Source: Rhizomicrobium sp. (GTDB lineage: Bacteria; Pseudomonadota; Alphaproteobacteria; Micropepsales; Micropepsaceae). Taken from it: 64,000 nt of DNA. A program made the position numbers and the translations under genes. The notes under the pieces are model-generated. The model worked only from the letters and a program-made list of their open reading frames with translations. It did no database searches and was not told the origin of the DNA. The DNA is taken from NCBI GenBank assembly GCA_035547275.1, contig DASZVQ010000079.1, forward strand, positions 25,653 through 89,652, written 5' to 3'. This document shows, one piece after another, positions 30,088 to 40,449 of this stretch; position 1 is the first letter of the stretch, and each line of letters starts with the position of its first letter.

Positions 30088-31530
30088 ATGCGGTTCGACC
30101 TTCTTCTCTCTTCCGCCGCGGTCGCCGTCCTGCTTGCTGGATGCGCGGTGGGGCCGGATTATCAGGGCCCGCCCGATGCCGCGCCGTCAGCGCGACAGGC
30201 CAGGGATTTTCACCGCGCATCACTGGCGCCGGTGGAGAATGGGCAGCCGGCTGCCGCCTCCTGGTGGAAAGCCTTGAACGATCCCGAACTGGACAGGCTG
30301 GTGACCCGGGCGCTGAGCGGCAGCCCCACCATCAAGGCCGCTGAAGCCCGGTTGCGCGAGGCGCGCGCGACCCTCCATCAACAGAAAGCGAACGAGTTGC
30401 CCACCGTCGCCGGCAATGCGCTTTACCTGCACACCAATGCGCCCGGCCTGGGCAGCCTGACCGGCGGCGGTTCGGGCGGCTCCGGTTCCAGCAGCCTGAA
30501 TCTCTATAGCGTCGGGTTCGACGCCACCTGGGAATTGGACATCTTTGGCGGTACGCGCCGGGCGGTAGAAGCGGCATCCGCCAGGGCCGAGGCGTCCGAA
30601 GCCGATTTGCAGGATCTGCATGTCTCGCTCGCCGCCGAAGTCGTGCAAGCCTATATCGGCTTGCGCGACGAACAGCAGCGGCTGGTGCTGGCGAAACAGT
30701 CCGCCGTGCTGGAGCAGCAGGTGCTGGATCTGACCGAGCAGCGCCGCGCGCATGGCGCGGCGTCGGATGCCGATGTGGAGCGTCTGCGCACGCAACTGGA
30801 AACGACCCGCGGCACGGCCATACCGCTTCAAGCGCAGGTCGATGCCAGTCTCGACCAGCTTGCGGTTCTGACGGGGCAGGAACCTGGCGCGCTGGACGCA
30901 GAGCTTTCGGCGTCAAGCCCATTGCCGAACCTGCCCGCGCATGTGGCGGTGGGTGACCCCGCCTCTTTGTTGCGTCGCCGGCCGGATATCCGCAAGGCGG
31001 AACGCGATCTTGCGGCCAGCAATGCGCAGATCGGCCAGCAGATCGCGAATTATTTTCCCAAGGTCAATCTGCTGGGCGATGTCGGCTGGGGTTCGACCGA
31101 CCTCGGTCGTCTGTTCGATGGCGGTAATTTCACGCCCGTCGTGGCGCCCATTCTGCAATGGAACATACTGGATTTCGGGCGCACCGCTGCCAAGGTCGAT
31201 CAGGCCAGGGCGGGGCGCGATGAAGCCATCGCGAATTATCAGAGCGCGGTGCTTTCCGCCTTGCAGGATGCGGAAACCGCCTTGTCCCGCTACGGCCATC
31301 AACGGGACAATGTCGTCAGCCTGGCGCGCATAAAGGCGTCGGCCGATCGCACCCTGGCGCTGACGCGGCAACGCTATGCCGCCGGCGCCGCAAGCCAGAT
31401 CGAGCTTGTGGACGACATGCGCAGCCAGTTGGAGGCGGCGCAAAATCTGGCAGCGGGCCAGGCGCAACTGCTGACCGACTATGCATCGCTGCAAAAGAGC
31501 CTGGGCCTCGGCTGGCAAGCCCAAGCCTGA
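30088..31530 (+). CDS. NodT/TolC-family outer membrane efflux lipoprotein
   Basis: Lipobox LLAGC, WELDIFG, LLRRRPDIR.AER, C-terminal SLGLGW. Confidence 0.92.
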   Translation: MRFDLLLSSAAVAVLLAGCAVGPDYQGPPDAAPSARQARDFHRASLAPVENGQPAAASWWKALNDPELDRLVTRALSGSPTIKAAEARLREARATLHQQKANELPTVAGNALYLHTNAPGLGSLTGGGSGGSGSSSLNLYSVGFDATWELDIFGGTRRAVEAASARAEASEADLQDLHVSLAAEVVQAYIGLRDEQQRLVLAKQSAVLEQQVLDLTEQRRAHGAASDADVERLRTQLETTRGTAIPLQAQVDASLDQLAVLTGQEPGALDAELSASSPLPNLPAHVAVGDPASLLRRRPDIRKAERDLAASNAQIGQQIANYFPKVNLLGDVGWGSTDLGRLFDGGNFTPVVAPILQWNILDFGRTAAKVDQARAGRDEAIANYQSAVLSALQDAETALSRYGHQRDNVVSLARIKASADRTLALTRQRYAAGAASQIELVDDMRSQLEAAQNLAAGQAQLLTDYASLQKSLGLGWQAQA

Positions 31531-31667
31531 AGCGCGCGCATTCGACCCTGCTCCTCATTGCGCATACTTGCCATCGCGACATGATTGGAAGACGCCAAAA
31601 GCGCGCGGCTTGATTTCAGTCTTGCTTTTCAATGAAAATGCCTATGGGGCCGACTGAGTGGTTTGCG

Positions 31668-32546
31668 ATGACAACAGCGTTTCTGGGCATAGATGCCGGC
31701 GGCACCCATTGCCGGGCCCGCTTGATATCGCCGTCCGGTGATCTTCTTGGAGAGGGAGAAGGCGGCCCAGCCAATACCAGGATAGGCATTGAGCTTCTTC
31801 ATCAGACAATCCTGGATGTCGCCGAACAGGCTTTTGCAAACGCCCATCTGACGAAGGCCGATTTTTCCGGCGTTGCGGCTGGCATCGGTATTGCCGGGAT
31901 TTCCCGCCCGGGCGCTTTGGACCAGTTGCAGAATTTGTCCTTTCCCTTTCAGCGGACCGAATTCGCCAGCGACGCCGCCATAGCAAATCTGGGGGCGCAT
32001 CGTGGCAGGGATGGCGCGATATTGATTCTTGGCACGGGCAGCATTGGCCATGTGCGGGTGGGCGGCGCCAGCTTTACGATCGGCGGTTACGGTTTTCCGA
32101 TCTCGGATGAGGCGAGCGGCGCGGCTCTTGGATTGAGCGCCATGCGCCATGCGCTCCGGGCCCTGGACGGCCGCACAAAGCCCACGCCTCTAAGCAGCGC
32201 CGTGACGGGAAAGTTCGATCACTCCACGCCACGCATCGTCGCATGGATGGACGCGGCGACGCCCAGGGACTATGGCAGTTTTGCGCCGCTGGTTCTGGAT
32301 TGCGCGGAAGCCGGCGACGAGATCGCGATCTCGATCGTTGAAGACGCGGTTCTGCACATAGAACGCTTCATCGAGACGATCTTCCGCCGGGGCGCGCCAC
32401 GGCTGGCCCTGATGGGCGGTCTGGCCGGCCGCTACCGCCCCTGGCTGCGGGCACGCACGGCATCCCGGCTGAGCGAACCGCTGGGCGATGCCTTGGAGGG
32501 TGCGCTGATCCTGGCCGGCTACCGGGCGGTCGAGCACGCGGATTAG
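31668..32546 (+). CDS. BadF/BadG family N-acetylglucosamine (or MurNAc) kinase
   Basis: GIDAGGTHCRA, ILGTGS, GGYGFPISDEASG motifs; context next to nagA. Confidence 0.85.
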   Translation: MTTAFLGIDAGGTHCRARLISPSGDLLGEGEGGPANTRIGIELLHQTILDVAEQAFANAHLTKADFSGVAAGIGIAGISRPGALDQLQNLSFPFQRTEFASDAAIANLGAHRGRDGAILILGTGSIGHVRVGGASFTIGGYGFPISDEASGAALGLSAMRHALRALDGRTKPTPLSSAVTGKFDHSTPRIVAWMDAATPRDYGSFAPLVLDCAEAGDEIAISIVEDAVLHIERFIETIFRRGAPRLALMGGLAGRYRPWLRARTASRLSEPLGDALEGALILAGYRAVEHAD

Positions 32547-33688
32547 GGCGAAACGGGGATTCCTGATTGCCATACATGTTGCACGGCCAGGGCATCGTCG
32601 AGATGCACCAGGTCGGCCTTCACGCCGGGGCTGATGCTTCCTGCATCCCCAGGGAGGCCCAGAAACCGGGCGGGGTTTTGGCTTGCCATCGCCGAAGCCG
32701 TTGCGACGCTCACCCCCAACAAGGTCATCGCATTGCGAAAGGCGGTCGCCATATCGAGATTTGAACCTGCCAGGGTACCATCATCGGATCGGCAGGCGTC
32801 GCCATCGGCATGAATTTCCACCTGTCCGAGCCGGAAGGTGCTGTTGGATGAGCCCACGGTCGGCATGGCGTCGGTAACCAGCATGGCGCGGCGGGCATCG
32901 CCCGCGGCCAGCGCCAATCGCAACGTCGCGGGATGGACATGGATGCCGTCGACGATCAGTCCAAAAAAGCTGTTGCGGTCCTCCAGCGCGGCGCCGACCA
33001 TGCCAGGTTCTCGTGCCTCCAGTTGTGTCATGGCATTGAAGAGATGCGTGAAACCGGCAAGCCCGTCCGCCAGCGCAGCCTTGGTCTGGTCATATGTCGC
33101 AAGGCTATGGCCGGCGCAGACAATAACGCCGGCTCTCGTCAAACGCGCAATCGCGCCAGGTGGCGCCAGTTCGGGCGCCAATGTCACCATGCGGCGCGCG
33201 AGGCCCGGCTTTGTCAGCAGAGCCAGCGCGTCTTCATCCAGCTTGCGGAATTTTTCGGCATTGTGAATGCCGCGCTTGCCGGCATTGAGGAACGGCCCCT
33301 CGACATGGATGCCCAAAATGCCGGGATCGTTTCCGCCCACCGCCGCATCGGCGGCGTCCAGGGCCTTTGCGACAATCGCGAGATCGTCGCTAATCAGTGT
33401 CGGCATGATGCCGGTGGAGCCGAATTTCAGATGCGCCCGGGCAATCGCCGCCATGCCCTCGCGGCTGGGCACGTCGTTGAGCAAAACGCCACCGCCGCCA
33501 TTGACCTGAACGTCAATGAAGCCCGGCACCAGAAGGCCGCCCTGCAGGCTTTCACGCCTGTATTCTGCGGGGACCGCCGTATCCGGGACGATAGCTTCAA
33601 TCCGCTCATCCCGGACCAACACGGCAAGATGCGGCATCGGCCCCGTCGGGGTCAGCACGCTGGCGTCAGAAAGCGCGAACGGCGTCAT
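32543..33688 (-). CDS. nagA: N-acetylglucosamine-6-phosphate deacetylase
   Basis: PGFIDVQVNGGGG, GIHVEGPFL, THLFNAM, DGIHVHP, VTDAM, LAGS. Confidence 0.95.
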   Translation of the reverse strand: MTPFALSDASVLTPTGPMPHLAVLVRDERIEAIVPDTAVPAEYRRESLQGGLLVPGFIDVQVNGGGGVLLNDVPSREGMAAIARAHLKFGSTGIMPTLISDDLAIVAKALDAADAAVGGNDPGILGIHVEGPFLNAGKRGIHNAEKFRKLDEDALALLTKPGLARRMVTLAPELAPPGAIARLTRAGVIVCAGHSLATYDQTKAALADGLAGFTHLFNAMTQLEAREPGMVGAALEDRNSFFGLIVDGIHVHPATLRLALAAGDARRAMLVTDAMPTVGSSNSTFRLGQVEIHADGDACRSDDGTLAGSNLDMATAFRNAMTLLGVSVATASAMASQNPARFLGLPGDAGSISPGVKADLVHLDDALAVQHVWQSGIPVSP

Positions 33689-34707
33689 CGCGTATCCGTG
33701 ACCTTTTTCAGAAATGGCGGCTGGTCGGGATTTTTACCGCGCGCCACAGCCAGCGCATCCACCATCTTGTAGAAACTCTGGATCGCGGCAATCGGCAACA
33801 GCTCGGCTGGCAGATCCTTTTGGAGGGGCAGGACGATATCGCCGCCAAACCCATCGCCTGCGACGATCGTCAGCGCGCCGCGGGCCTTAAATTCGGCAAT
33901 CTGCTCACGCATCCCGCTACGCGCGACGTCATGTGGCGGGACAATGAAAACCGGAAAGCCGGGGCCGATCAACGCCGCCGGGCCATGTGCCACTTCCGCC
34001 GCGCTGAAGGCTTCGGCGTGAATGCCGCAAGTCTCCTTGAATTTGAGCGCCATTTCCTGGGCAACAGAATAGGTCAGGCCGCGGCCCAGGACATAAAGAC
34101 TTTCTGCGCCGGCCAAAGGCCGCACGGCGTTCGACCAATCCTGGCGCCAGGCTTGCGAAAGAGCGTCCGGCAATGCGCGCAGGGCGTCATCCAGTGCTTC
34201 GGAGCGGGTCCAGGCCGCGACCAGCGCAAGGATGGCGGCGAGAGACGCGATGAAGCTTTTGGTCGCGGCAACGCTGCGTTCCGTGCCGGCCTTGAGGGGA
34301 ATGACATGGTCGGCCAATGCGGCAAGAGGCGAGGTTTCATCATTGACCAGGGCGATGACCAGTGCGCCCGCGGCCTTGCCGTCGCGGACCGTCGCGAGCA
34401 GATCCCGGCTGCGGCCCGACTGCGAGATCGCCAGCACAGCGGCATTGCGCATCTGCGGCGAGGTGGTCTCGAACAGCGAGGCAATGGACGGCGCCTGCGA
34501 TAGCGTGGGCAGGCCCAGCCGTGTCTCGACAAGATATTTGGTGAAGGTGGCGGCGTTGTCGGAACTTCCGCGCGCCACGGTTGCAAGAAAGGTCGGCCGC
34601 CAGGCGATCAGCGCCTGGGCCGCCGCAGCTATCGGCATGCGCCAGTCCGGCTGCGCCCTTTGGATGACCTGCGCCGCTTCGGCCGCTTCCTCGATCATGA
34701 TGCTCAT
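33685..34707 (-). CDS. SIS-domain glucosamine-6-phosphate deaminase (NagB-II type)
   Basis: ARGSSDNAA, ISQSGRS, ERSVAATKSF, ALKFKETCGIHAEAFS, PDQPPFLKKVT; no glutaminase domain. Confidence 0.88.
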   Translation of the reverse strand: MSIMIEEAAEAAQVIQRAQPDWRMPIAAAAQALIAWRPTFLATVARGSSDNAATFTKYLVETRLGLPTLSQAPSIASLFETTSPQMRNAAVLAISQSGRSRDLLATVRDGKAAGALVIALVNDETSPLAALADHVIPLKAGTERSVAATKSFIASLAAILALVAAWTRSEALDDALRALPDALSQAWRQDWSNAVRPLAGAESLYVLGRGLTYSVAQEMALKFKETCGIHAEAFSAAEVAHGPAALIGPGFPVFIVPPHDVARSGMREQIAEFKARGALTIVAGDGFGGDIVLPLQKDLPAELLPIAAIQSFYKMVDALAVARGKNPDQPPFLKKVTDTR

Positions 34708-34737
34708 ACGCATCCGCCCTGCGATATCCCTTGAGCC

Positions 34738-34786
34738 ATACCAGTGGCCCAATCTCTAGACAACTGGTATCTTACTGGTATTACCA
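34738..34786. promoter_or_regulatory. NagQ-like GntR operator (TGGTAT repeats)
   Basis: TGGTATC-TTAC-TGGTATT (34765-34782, 11-bp period) plus a reverse copy ATACCA at 34738. Confidence 0.7.
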
Positions 34787-34824
34787 TGCGGTCGGCGTTT
34801 CCGCCGAGCGAAGGGGCATTGACC

Positions 34825-35916
34825 ATGCGCATATTGGGCTTCATGAGCGGCACCTCTCTCGACGGTGTCGATGCGGCGCTATTGGAGACCGATGGCGAAC
34901 GCTTGATCGCTTTCGGGCCCGCGCGGGCGGTCTCCTACACGGCTGCGCAACGCCGCGTTCTGGAAGCCGCGGTTGCCATGGCCCTTAGCGACCGCTTCCC
35001 GCCGTTCGAGCCCAAGGCTTTCGCGGACGCAGAAGCGGTGATCCTGGAGACCCATCTGAAGCTGGGCCGGGAAATAAGCGAGCAGTCCGGTCCCGTCGAT
35101 CTGATCGGGTTTCATGGACAGACGGTGCTGCACCGGCCGGATCAGCATCTCACCCTGCAAATTGGCCGTCCGCAGGCCCTGGCAGATGGTCTTCAGATCC
35201 CTGTCGTCGGCGACCTTCGCATCCGCGACATGCAGGAAGGCGGGCAGGGCGCTCCGATCGTGCCAATTTATCATGCGGCCCTGGCGGAACTGCGCGGCCT
35301 GGAAAAGCCCGTGGCCTTTCTCAACATCGGCGGTGTCTCGAATATCACCTGGATTGGGCCCGATAATGCGCTGGAAGCCTTTGATGTCGGACCGGGCAAC
35401 GGCTTGATCGATCAATGGGTGGCTGCGCATGGGCTGGGAAGCTGCGACACGGATGGCCGCCTGGCCGGCCTCGGCATCGCGCATGCAGATGTCATCCGGC
35501 GGATGATGGAGCATCCCTTCTTCGGGCTGACCGGTCCCAGATCCCTGGACCGCTATGATTTCAATCTGGACGCCGTCCAATCGCTGTCGGCTGAGGATGG
35601 CGCCGCCACCCTGACGGCCTTTACCGCCGAGGCGGTCGCGCATGCCGTCCAGGCCCTGCCGGAGGCGCCGCGGACCTGGGTGCTCTGCGGCGGCGGGCGG
35701 CACAACAAAACGCTGGGCCATGAACTGGATCGGCGATTGGGCGGCTGCCATCTGGCCGAGGATTTTGGCTTTCGGGGCGATTTCGTCGAGGCGGAAGCGA
35801 TCGCATTCCTGGCCGCCCGTTCGGTGCGCGGACTTCCCATCACCTTTCCCGGCACGACCGGAACGCCCCGTCCCACCACGGGGGGCAAGCTCTATCGGCC
35901 GGCGCCTGCGCCTTAA
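34825..35916 (+). CDS. anmK: Anhydro-N-acetylmuramic acid kinase
   Basis: GFMSGTSLDGVD, IGFHGQTVLH, GGQGAPIVP, NIGGVSN, FDVGPGN, EAIAFLA. Confidence 0.95.
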   Translation: MRILGFMSGTSLDGVDAALLETDGERLIAFGPARAVSYTAAQRRVLEAAVAMALSDRFPPFEPKAFADAEAVILETHLKLGREISEQSGPVDLIGFHGQTVLHRPDQHLTLQIGRPQALADGLQIPVVGDLRIRDMQEGGQGAPIVPIYHAALAELRGLEKPVAFLNIGGVSNITWIGPDNALEAFDVGPGNGLIDQWVAAHGLGSCDTDGRLAGLGIAHADVIRRMMEHPFFGLTGPRSLDRYDFNLDAVQSLSAEDGAATLTAFTAEAVAHAVQALPEAPRTWVLCGGGRHNKTLGHELDRRLGGCHLAEDFGFRGDFVEAEAIAFLAARSVRGLPITFPGTTGTPRPTTGGKLYRPAPAP

Positions 35917-35951
35917 TGGTATCATACCACCTTTACAAAGATATGATACCA
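35917..35951. promoter_or_regulatory. Second NagQ-like operator upstream of the TBDR
   Basis: TGGTATCATACCA (35917-35929) and ATACCA at 35946, 22 bp after the previous copy. Confidence 0.65.
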
Positions 35952-35992
35952 GTTATGCTCCACCCATAACGCGCAAATCATGTGAGGGGATC

Positions 35993-38716
35993 ATGAAAAT
36001 ATTTGCGAAGGGGTTTTCAAGCGTCTCCATGCTGGCGCTGCTGGTTGCGGGCGCCACACAGGCCGCCATGGCGCAGAATACGCCGGCAGCTTCGGGCGAC
36101 TCTCAGACCGTCGAAAGCGTTGTGGTCACGGGTTCGCGCATTCCGCGAAACGAGGAAACGGCCTCCAGTCCTGTCGTGTCGACAGACCGCGACCAGATCC
36201 AGCTCGAGAATGCCCTGACGGTCGAAGACTTCTCGACAAAATTCCCCCAGGCCGCCGGCGGCGTGCGCGATTCCGCGCAAGGCAGCGATTCCTTCGGCGC
36301 CGAAGTCTTCGATCTGCGAAACCTGGGGCAGAGCCGCACTTTGGTCCTGATAGATGGCACCCGCGCCGTCCCCTTCAGTTTCCGCAATTCGGTCGATGTG
36401 GGATCGATCCCGGCATCGCTTATCAAGCGCGTGGACGTGTTGACCGGCGGCGCCGCCGCCGTTTATGGCGCCGACGCGGTCGCGGGCGTGGTGAACTTTA
36501 TTCTGAACACCGATTTTGATGGCGCGGAATTGTCCGCCAAGGACAAGACGGCCGAACATGGCGGTTCCGAATATGGCATGTCGGCGACCTTTGGCACCAA
36601 TTTCAACAATCGCGGCCATATCGTGCTGGCGATCGACTATACCCAGCGCGATCCGGTTGATGGCGGGTCCCGGGCCTGGGCGGCAACGCCAAGCACCACC
36701 GTTCCCGGCGTGGGCGGCAATTTCACGGACGTCGCCAGCGGCCGCATCTTTGCATTCACCAGCACCGGGCAGTTCACCACCACCCCGCAGACCTCCAACT
36801 TCAGTCCCCAGTATCCGCTGATCGAGCCGCTCAAGCGCATCAATGTCGATGGCTTCTGGAATTATCGGCTGACCGACTGGGCCGAGCTTTATGGCCGGGC
36901 GATGTACACCAATTCCCGGACCATCGAATCCGGGACGGCCGGGCCCAATCCTGTCTCGATCAACCAGGTCGTCGGCATCAATCAGAACAATCCCTTCCTG
37001 ACGCCCCAGATCGCCAGCGATCTGACCTTCGTCAATGGCGTGGCCCAGGTGCAGGTCAACAAGACATTGGGACAGCTCGGCCTCATCGAATATCACACCG
37101 AGCGCAACACCTCGCAATATCAGCTCGGCCTGCGTGGCGACATCACGGACGCCATCAAATGGGACGCCTATACGCAGTATGGGCGCGTGACCGAAAGCTC
37201 GCCGATCACGGGTGACGGCATGGTCACCAATGCGGCCGGCCAGAACAATTTCGCCCTGATCGCCAATAGCCAGAATATTTTCGGTCCCAGCGGGGCGCTG
37301 CAATCGCTGGGCAGCACCTTGATCGGCAACAATCGCTCGCGCGACCAGTTCGTTTCATCGGTTTCGGTGTCGGGCGACAGCAGCGACCTTTTCCAGCTGC
37401 CGGCCGGCCCGGTCGGTTTCGCGCTTGGTTACGAATATCGCAATGAGACCATGAATATCACGCAGGATTCGTCCCTGCTGAACGGCAATTCCTATCGCGA
37501 GGGCGCGCTGGCCGCCTATTCGGGCGCCGTCGGCACCAACGAAATCTATGGCGAATTGCTGGTGCCGATTCTCAAGGACCTGCCGTTCGTGAAACAGCTG
37601 GATGCCGGCTACGCCTATCGCTATTCGGATTATTCGCTGTTCGGTGGTCATGAGACCCACAAATACGAGGTCACCTGGGCGGTGGACGACAATATCCGTT
37701 TCCGCGGCACCGATCAGACCGTCATCCGGGCCCCCAATTTCGGCGAGTTTGCCGCCACGGAATCGTCTCTGCCCTTCAGCAGCCTGGTTACGGTGGCGCG
37801 CCTGACGCCACGCTATGCGGGCGATCCTTGTGTTTTGGGCACCGGCAATGCGGCGCAATGCGCACGCTTTGGCGCGCCGGCGGTCGGTTCCACCAATTCC
37901 TTCGCGCCCTCCTATCTGGAAGGCAATTACTATTACGGCGGCAACTCGGCGGTGCAGCCGGAACAGGGAAAGACCAAGACGCTTGGCGTGGTGTTGACTC
38001 CGCAGTTTCTGCCAGGGTTCACAGCCACGGTCGACTATTATGACATCGACATCAAAGGCGCGATTGGCGTCATCCAGCCGGTCAGCGATCTGACCAGCTG
38101 CTATATCACCAACCCGGTCGCGGGCAATCCGCTGTGCGGCCTGGTCACGCGCGACCCCGCAAACGGCCATCTGCTGAATGCCTATGTGAACAACCAGAAT
38201 CTGGGACGGCTTGCGCAACGCGGCATCGATCTGGGGCTTCGCTATGCCTTGCCGACCGAAGATCTGCTGCCTGGCGGTTTCTTCCTCTCCTATCAGGGCA
38301 CTTTCGTGACCCATTATATCATCCAGTCCAATCCGACGACGGCCATTCAGAACTGTGCCGGCACCTTCGGCGCGGCCTGTTCCAGCGACGCCACCACCCT
38401 GGTGCAGCCGGCCTATCGTCACGATATCAATCTGACATGGAGCTACGATCAGGCGCAGATCCAGCTGGACTGGCAGCGCATCGGCGCGGTCCGCAACAGC
38501 AATCCTGGGGCGACCGACGTCATTCCCGATCAGGATACGTTCGACTTGAACACATCCTATGAGCTCAGGGACTGGCTTACGCTTCATGCCGGCATCCACA
38601 ATCTGTTCGACAAGAACCCGCCGATCGTGGCGTCTTCCACGAATTTCAACACCTTCCCGGACACTTATGATGTCCTTGGGCGGGCTTATTCGGTGGCGGT
38701 CACATTCCACGATTGA
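35993..38716 (+). CDS. TonB-dependent receptor (amino-sugar/muropeptide locus)
   Basis: Signal peptide, ESVVVTGSRI, RVDVLTGGAAAVYGADAVAGVVNFIL, NLFDKNPP, YDVLGR. Confidence 0.93.
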   Translation: MKIFAKGFSSVSMLALLVAGATQAAMAQNTPAASGDSQTVESVVVTGSRIPRNEETASSPVVSTDRDQIQLENALTVEDFSTKFPQAAGGVRDSAQGSDSFGAEVFDLRNLGQSRTLVLIDGTRAVPFSFRNSVDVGSIPASLIKRVDVLTGGAAAVYGADAVAGVVNFILNTDFDGAELSAKDKTAEHGGSEYGMSATFGTNFNNRGHIVLAIDYTQRDPVDGGSRAWAATPSTTVPGVGGNFTDVASGRIFAFTSTGQFTTTPQTSNFSPQYPLIEPLKRINVDGFWNYRLTDWAELYGRAMYTNSRTIESGTAGPNPVSINQVVGINQNNPFLTPQIASDLTFVNGVAQVQVNKTLGQLGLIEYHTERNTSQYQLGLRGDITDAIKWDAYTQYGRVTESSPITGDGMVTNAAGQNNFALIANSQNIFGPSGALQSLGSTLIGNNRSRDQFVSSVSVSGDSSDLFQLPAGPVGFALGYEYRNETMNITQDSSLLNGNSYREGALAAYSGAVGTNEIYGELLVPILKDLPFVKQLDAGYAYRYSDYSLFGGHETHKYEVTWAVDDNIRFRGTDQTVIRAPNFGEFAATESSLPFSSLVTVARLTPRYAGDPCVLGTGNAAQCARFGAPAVGSTNSFAPSYLEGNYYYGGNSAVQPEQGKTKTLGVVLTPQFLPGFTATVDYYDIDIKGAIGVIQPVSDLTSCYITNPVAGNPLCGLVTRDPANGHLLNAYVNNQNLGRLAQRGIDLGLRYALPTEDLLPGGFFLSYQGTFVTHYIIQSNPTTAIQNCAGTFGAACSSDATTLVQPAYRHDINLTWSYDQAQIQLDWQRIGAVRNSNPGATDVIPDQDTFDLNTSYELRDWLTLHAGIHNLFDKNPPIVASSTNFNTFPDTYDVLGRAYSVAVTFHD

Positions 38717-38862
38717 GCATTTCCCCCGCATGGCGATGCTGTGCGCGGGATGGGGCCGGAGAAACGGTTGGAAGCATCTGCGGAGGTTCTCGCGCGGGAA
38801 TGGGACTTTGCCGGCGCCTGGGTTAGGGTTTCGACCTTTGCCGAACCTTGGTCTTGGATGTC

Positions 38863-40449
38863 ATGAGAAGCAGTTTTAGCTGGACCGACTGGTGTGTCAT
38901 CGCCAGCTATGCATTGGCGGTCGGCTTCCTCGGCACGCTCTACAGCCGCCGTGCAAGCGTCACGGTCCGCGATTATTTTCTGGCGAGCGGCTCCGTTCCG
39001 GCCTGGCTGGCCGCGATATCGGTGCTAGCGACGACACAATCGGCGGCGACTTTTCTGGGCGGGCCGGACTATGGCTATCGCGGAGACTTCACCTACCTCA
39101 GCACGGGTATTGGCGCATTCCTGGCCGCCGTGATCGTTTCCCAGGTCCTGATACCCAGATTTTATGCTAGGGATTCAACGACCGTCTATGAGCTGCTGGG
39201 CCAGCGGTTCGGCGCACCGGCAATGCGTGCGGCCGGTCTGATGTTCGTGGTGGGCCGTGTTTTGGCCGGAGGCGCGCGGCTTTATCTGGCCGCGGCCGCC
39301 ATATCGCTGATTCTGTTCGGGAGCGTGAGTGGAGAGACGACAATGTGGGCAGCCGCGCTCCTGACACTCACATGCTTCTTGCTGGCGGTGCGCGGAGGAT
39401 TGCGGGCGATTGTATGGGTCGATCTGCTGCAGTTTGCGGTCTATGCGGGTGCGGCGCTGGCGATATTGCTGTTCCTGATGTCGAAAATACCGGTCTCGCC
39501 CGTCGAAATCGTCCACCGCCTGGCGGCCGCGCCGCACGGCCCCAGCAAGCTAAGGCTTCTGGACCTGTCCTTGAATGTCAGCCATCCCTTTTCCCTGCCT
39601 GCGGTAATTGCCGGCATCACGCTTCTTTATGTCGGCAATTACGGCCTGGACCAGGACACGACACAACGACTGCTGGCGTGCCGGGACGCAAAAGCCGGCG
39701 CGCGAGGTCTTTACCAATCCGTCCTGCTCACCTTTCCCTTTGTCGGCCTGTTCATTGTCATCGGAACGCTGCTTTATGTCGTTTATCACCGTTCCGACAT
39801 CATGAATGGAAGCATACTGCAGCCGGTGCCGCAGGGCGTGGCCGGAAAAGTCACGGTGCTGATGTATTTCATTCTGACACAAGCGCCTCCCGGGCTGCGT
39901 GGGCTGGCGGTCAGTGGCGTTCTTGCAACCACCATCGGTCCCACCATGTCGGCGCTTAATGCGATGTCCTCGGTGCTGGTGCAGGACTTCTATCGTCCCT
40001 GGCGGTCCATAAGGGGCGTTGTCGCAGAACGTCACTATATCCTTGCCGGCCGTTTCGGAATGGCGCTCACCGGGCTTTTGACCCTGGCCGTCGCGATCCT
40101 GTCCTTTTACTGGCAACGTTATTCCAATGCCTCGCTTCTGGAATTCGTATTGTCGGTGATGAATTTCGCCTATGCCGGTTTGCTGGGCATCTACTTTGCC
40201 GCTGTCTTCACCGGTCGCGGGACGAATATTTCGGCGATAGCGGCGCTTGGAACCGGATTTCTGACGATATTGCTCTTGCAGCCTTATCTCGCAACCCAGC
40301 TGGGATTGCCCCCCTTTCTGAGCCAGCTGGCTTTTCCATGGCAGTTGTGTCTGGGAACGCTTATCGCTTTTGGAACATGCCTGCTGGGTTCGGCCAGGCA
40401 ACGCCAATCTGAAACCAAGGACCTTTTGGGTAGCATCAATGCGCACTGA
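38863..40449 (+). CDS. Sodium:solute symporter (SSS) family transporter
   Basis: DYFLA, SVLATTQSAATFLGGP, YGLDQDTTQRLLAC, multiple TM segments. Confidence 0.9.
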   Translation: MRSSFSWTDWCVIASYALAVGFLGTLYSRRASVTVRDYFLASGSVPAWLAAISVLATTQSAATFLGGPDYGYRGDFTYLSTGIGAFLAAVIVSQVLIPRFYARDSTTVYELLGQRFGAPAMRAAGLMFVVGRVLAGGARLYLAAAAISLILFGSVSGETTMWAAALLTLTCFLLAVRGGLRAIVWVDLLQFAVYAGAALAILLFLMSKIPVSPVEIVHRLAAAPHGPSKLRLLDLSLNVSHPFSLPAVIAGITLLYVGNYGLDQDTTQRLLACRDAKAGARGLYQSVLLTFPFVGLFIVIGTLLYVVYHRSDIMNGSILQPVPQGVAGKVTVLMYFILTQAPPGLRGLAVSGVLATTIGPTMSALNAMSSVLVQDFYRPWRSIRGVVAERHYILAGRFGMALTGLLTLAVAILSFYWQRYSNASLLEFVLSVMNFAYAGLLGIYFAAVFTGRGTNISAIAALGTGFLTILLLQPYLATQLGLPPFLSQLAFPWQLCLGTLIAFGTCLLGSARQRQSETKDLLGSINAH

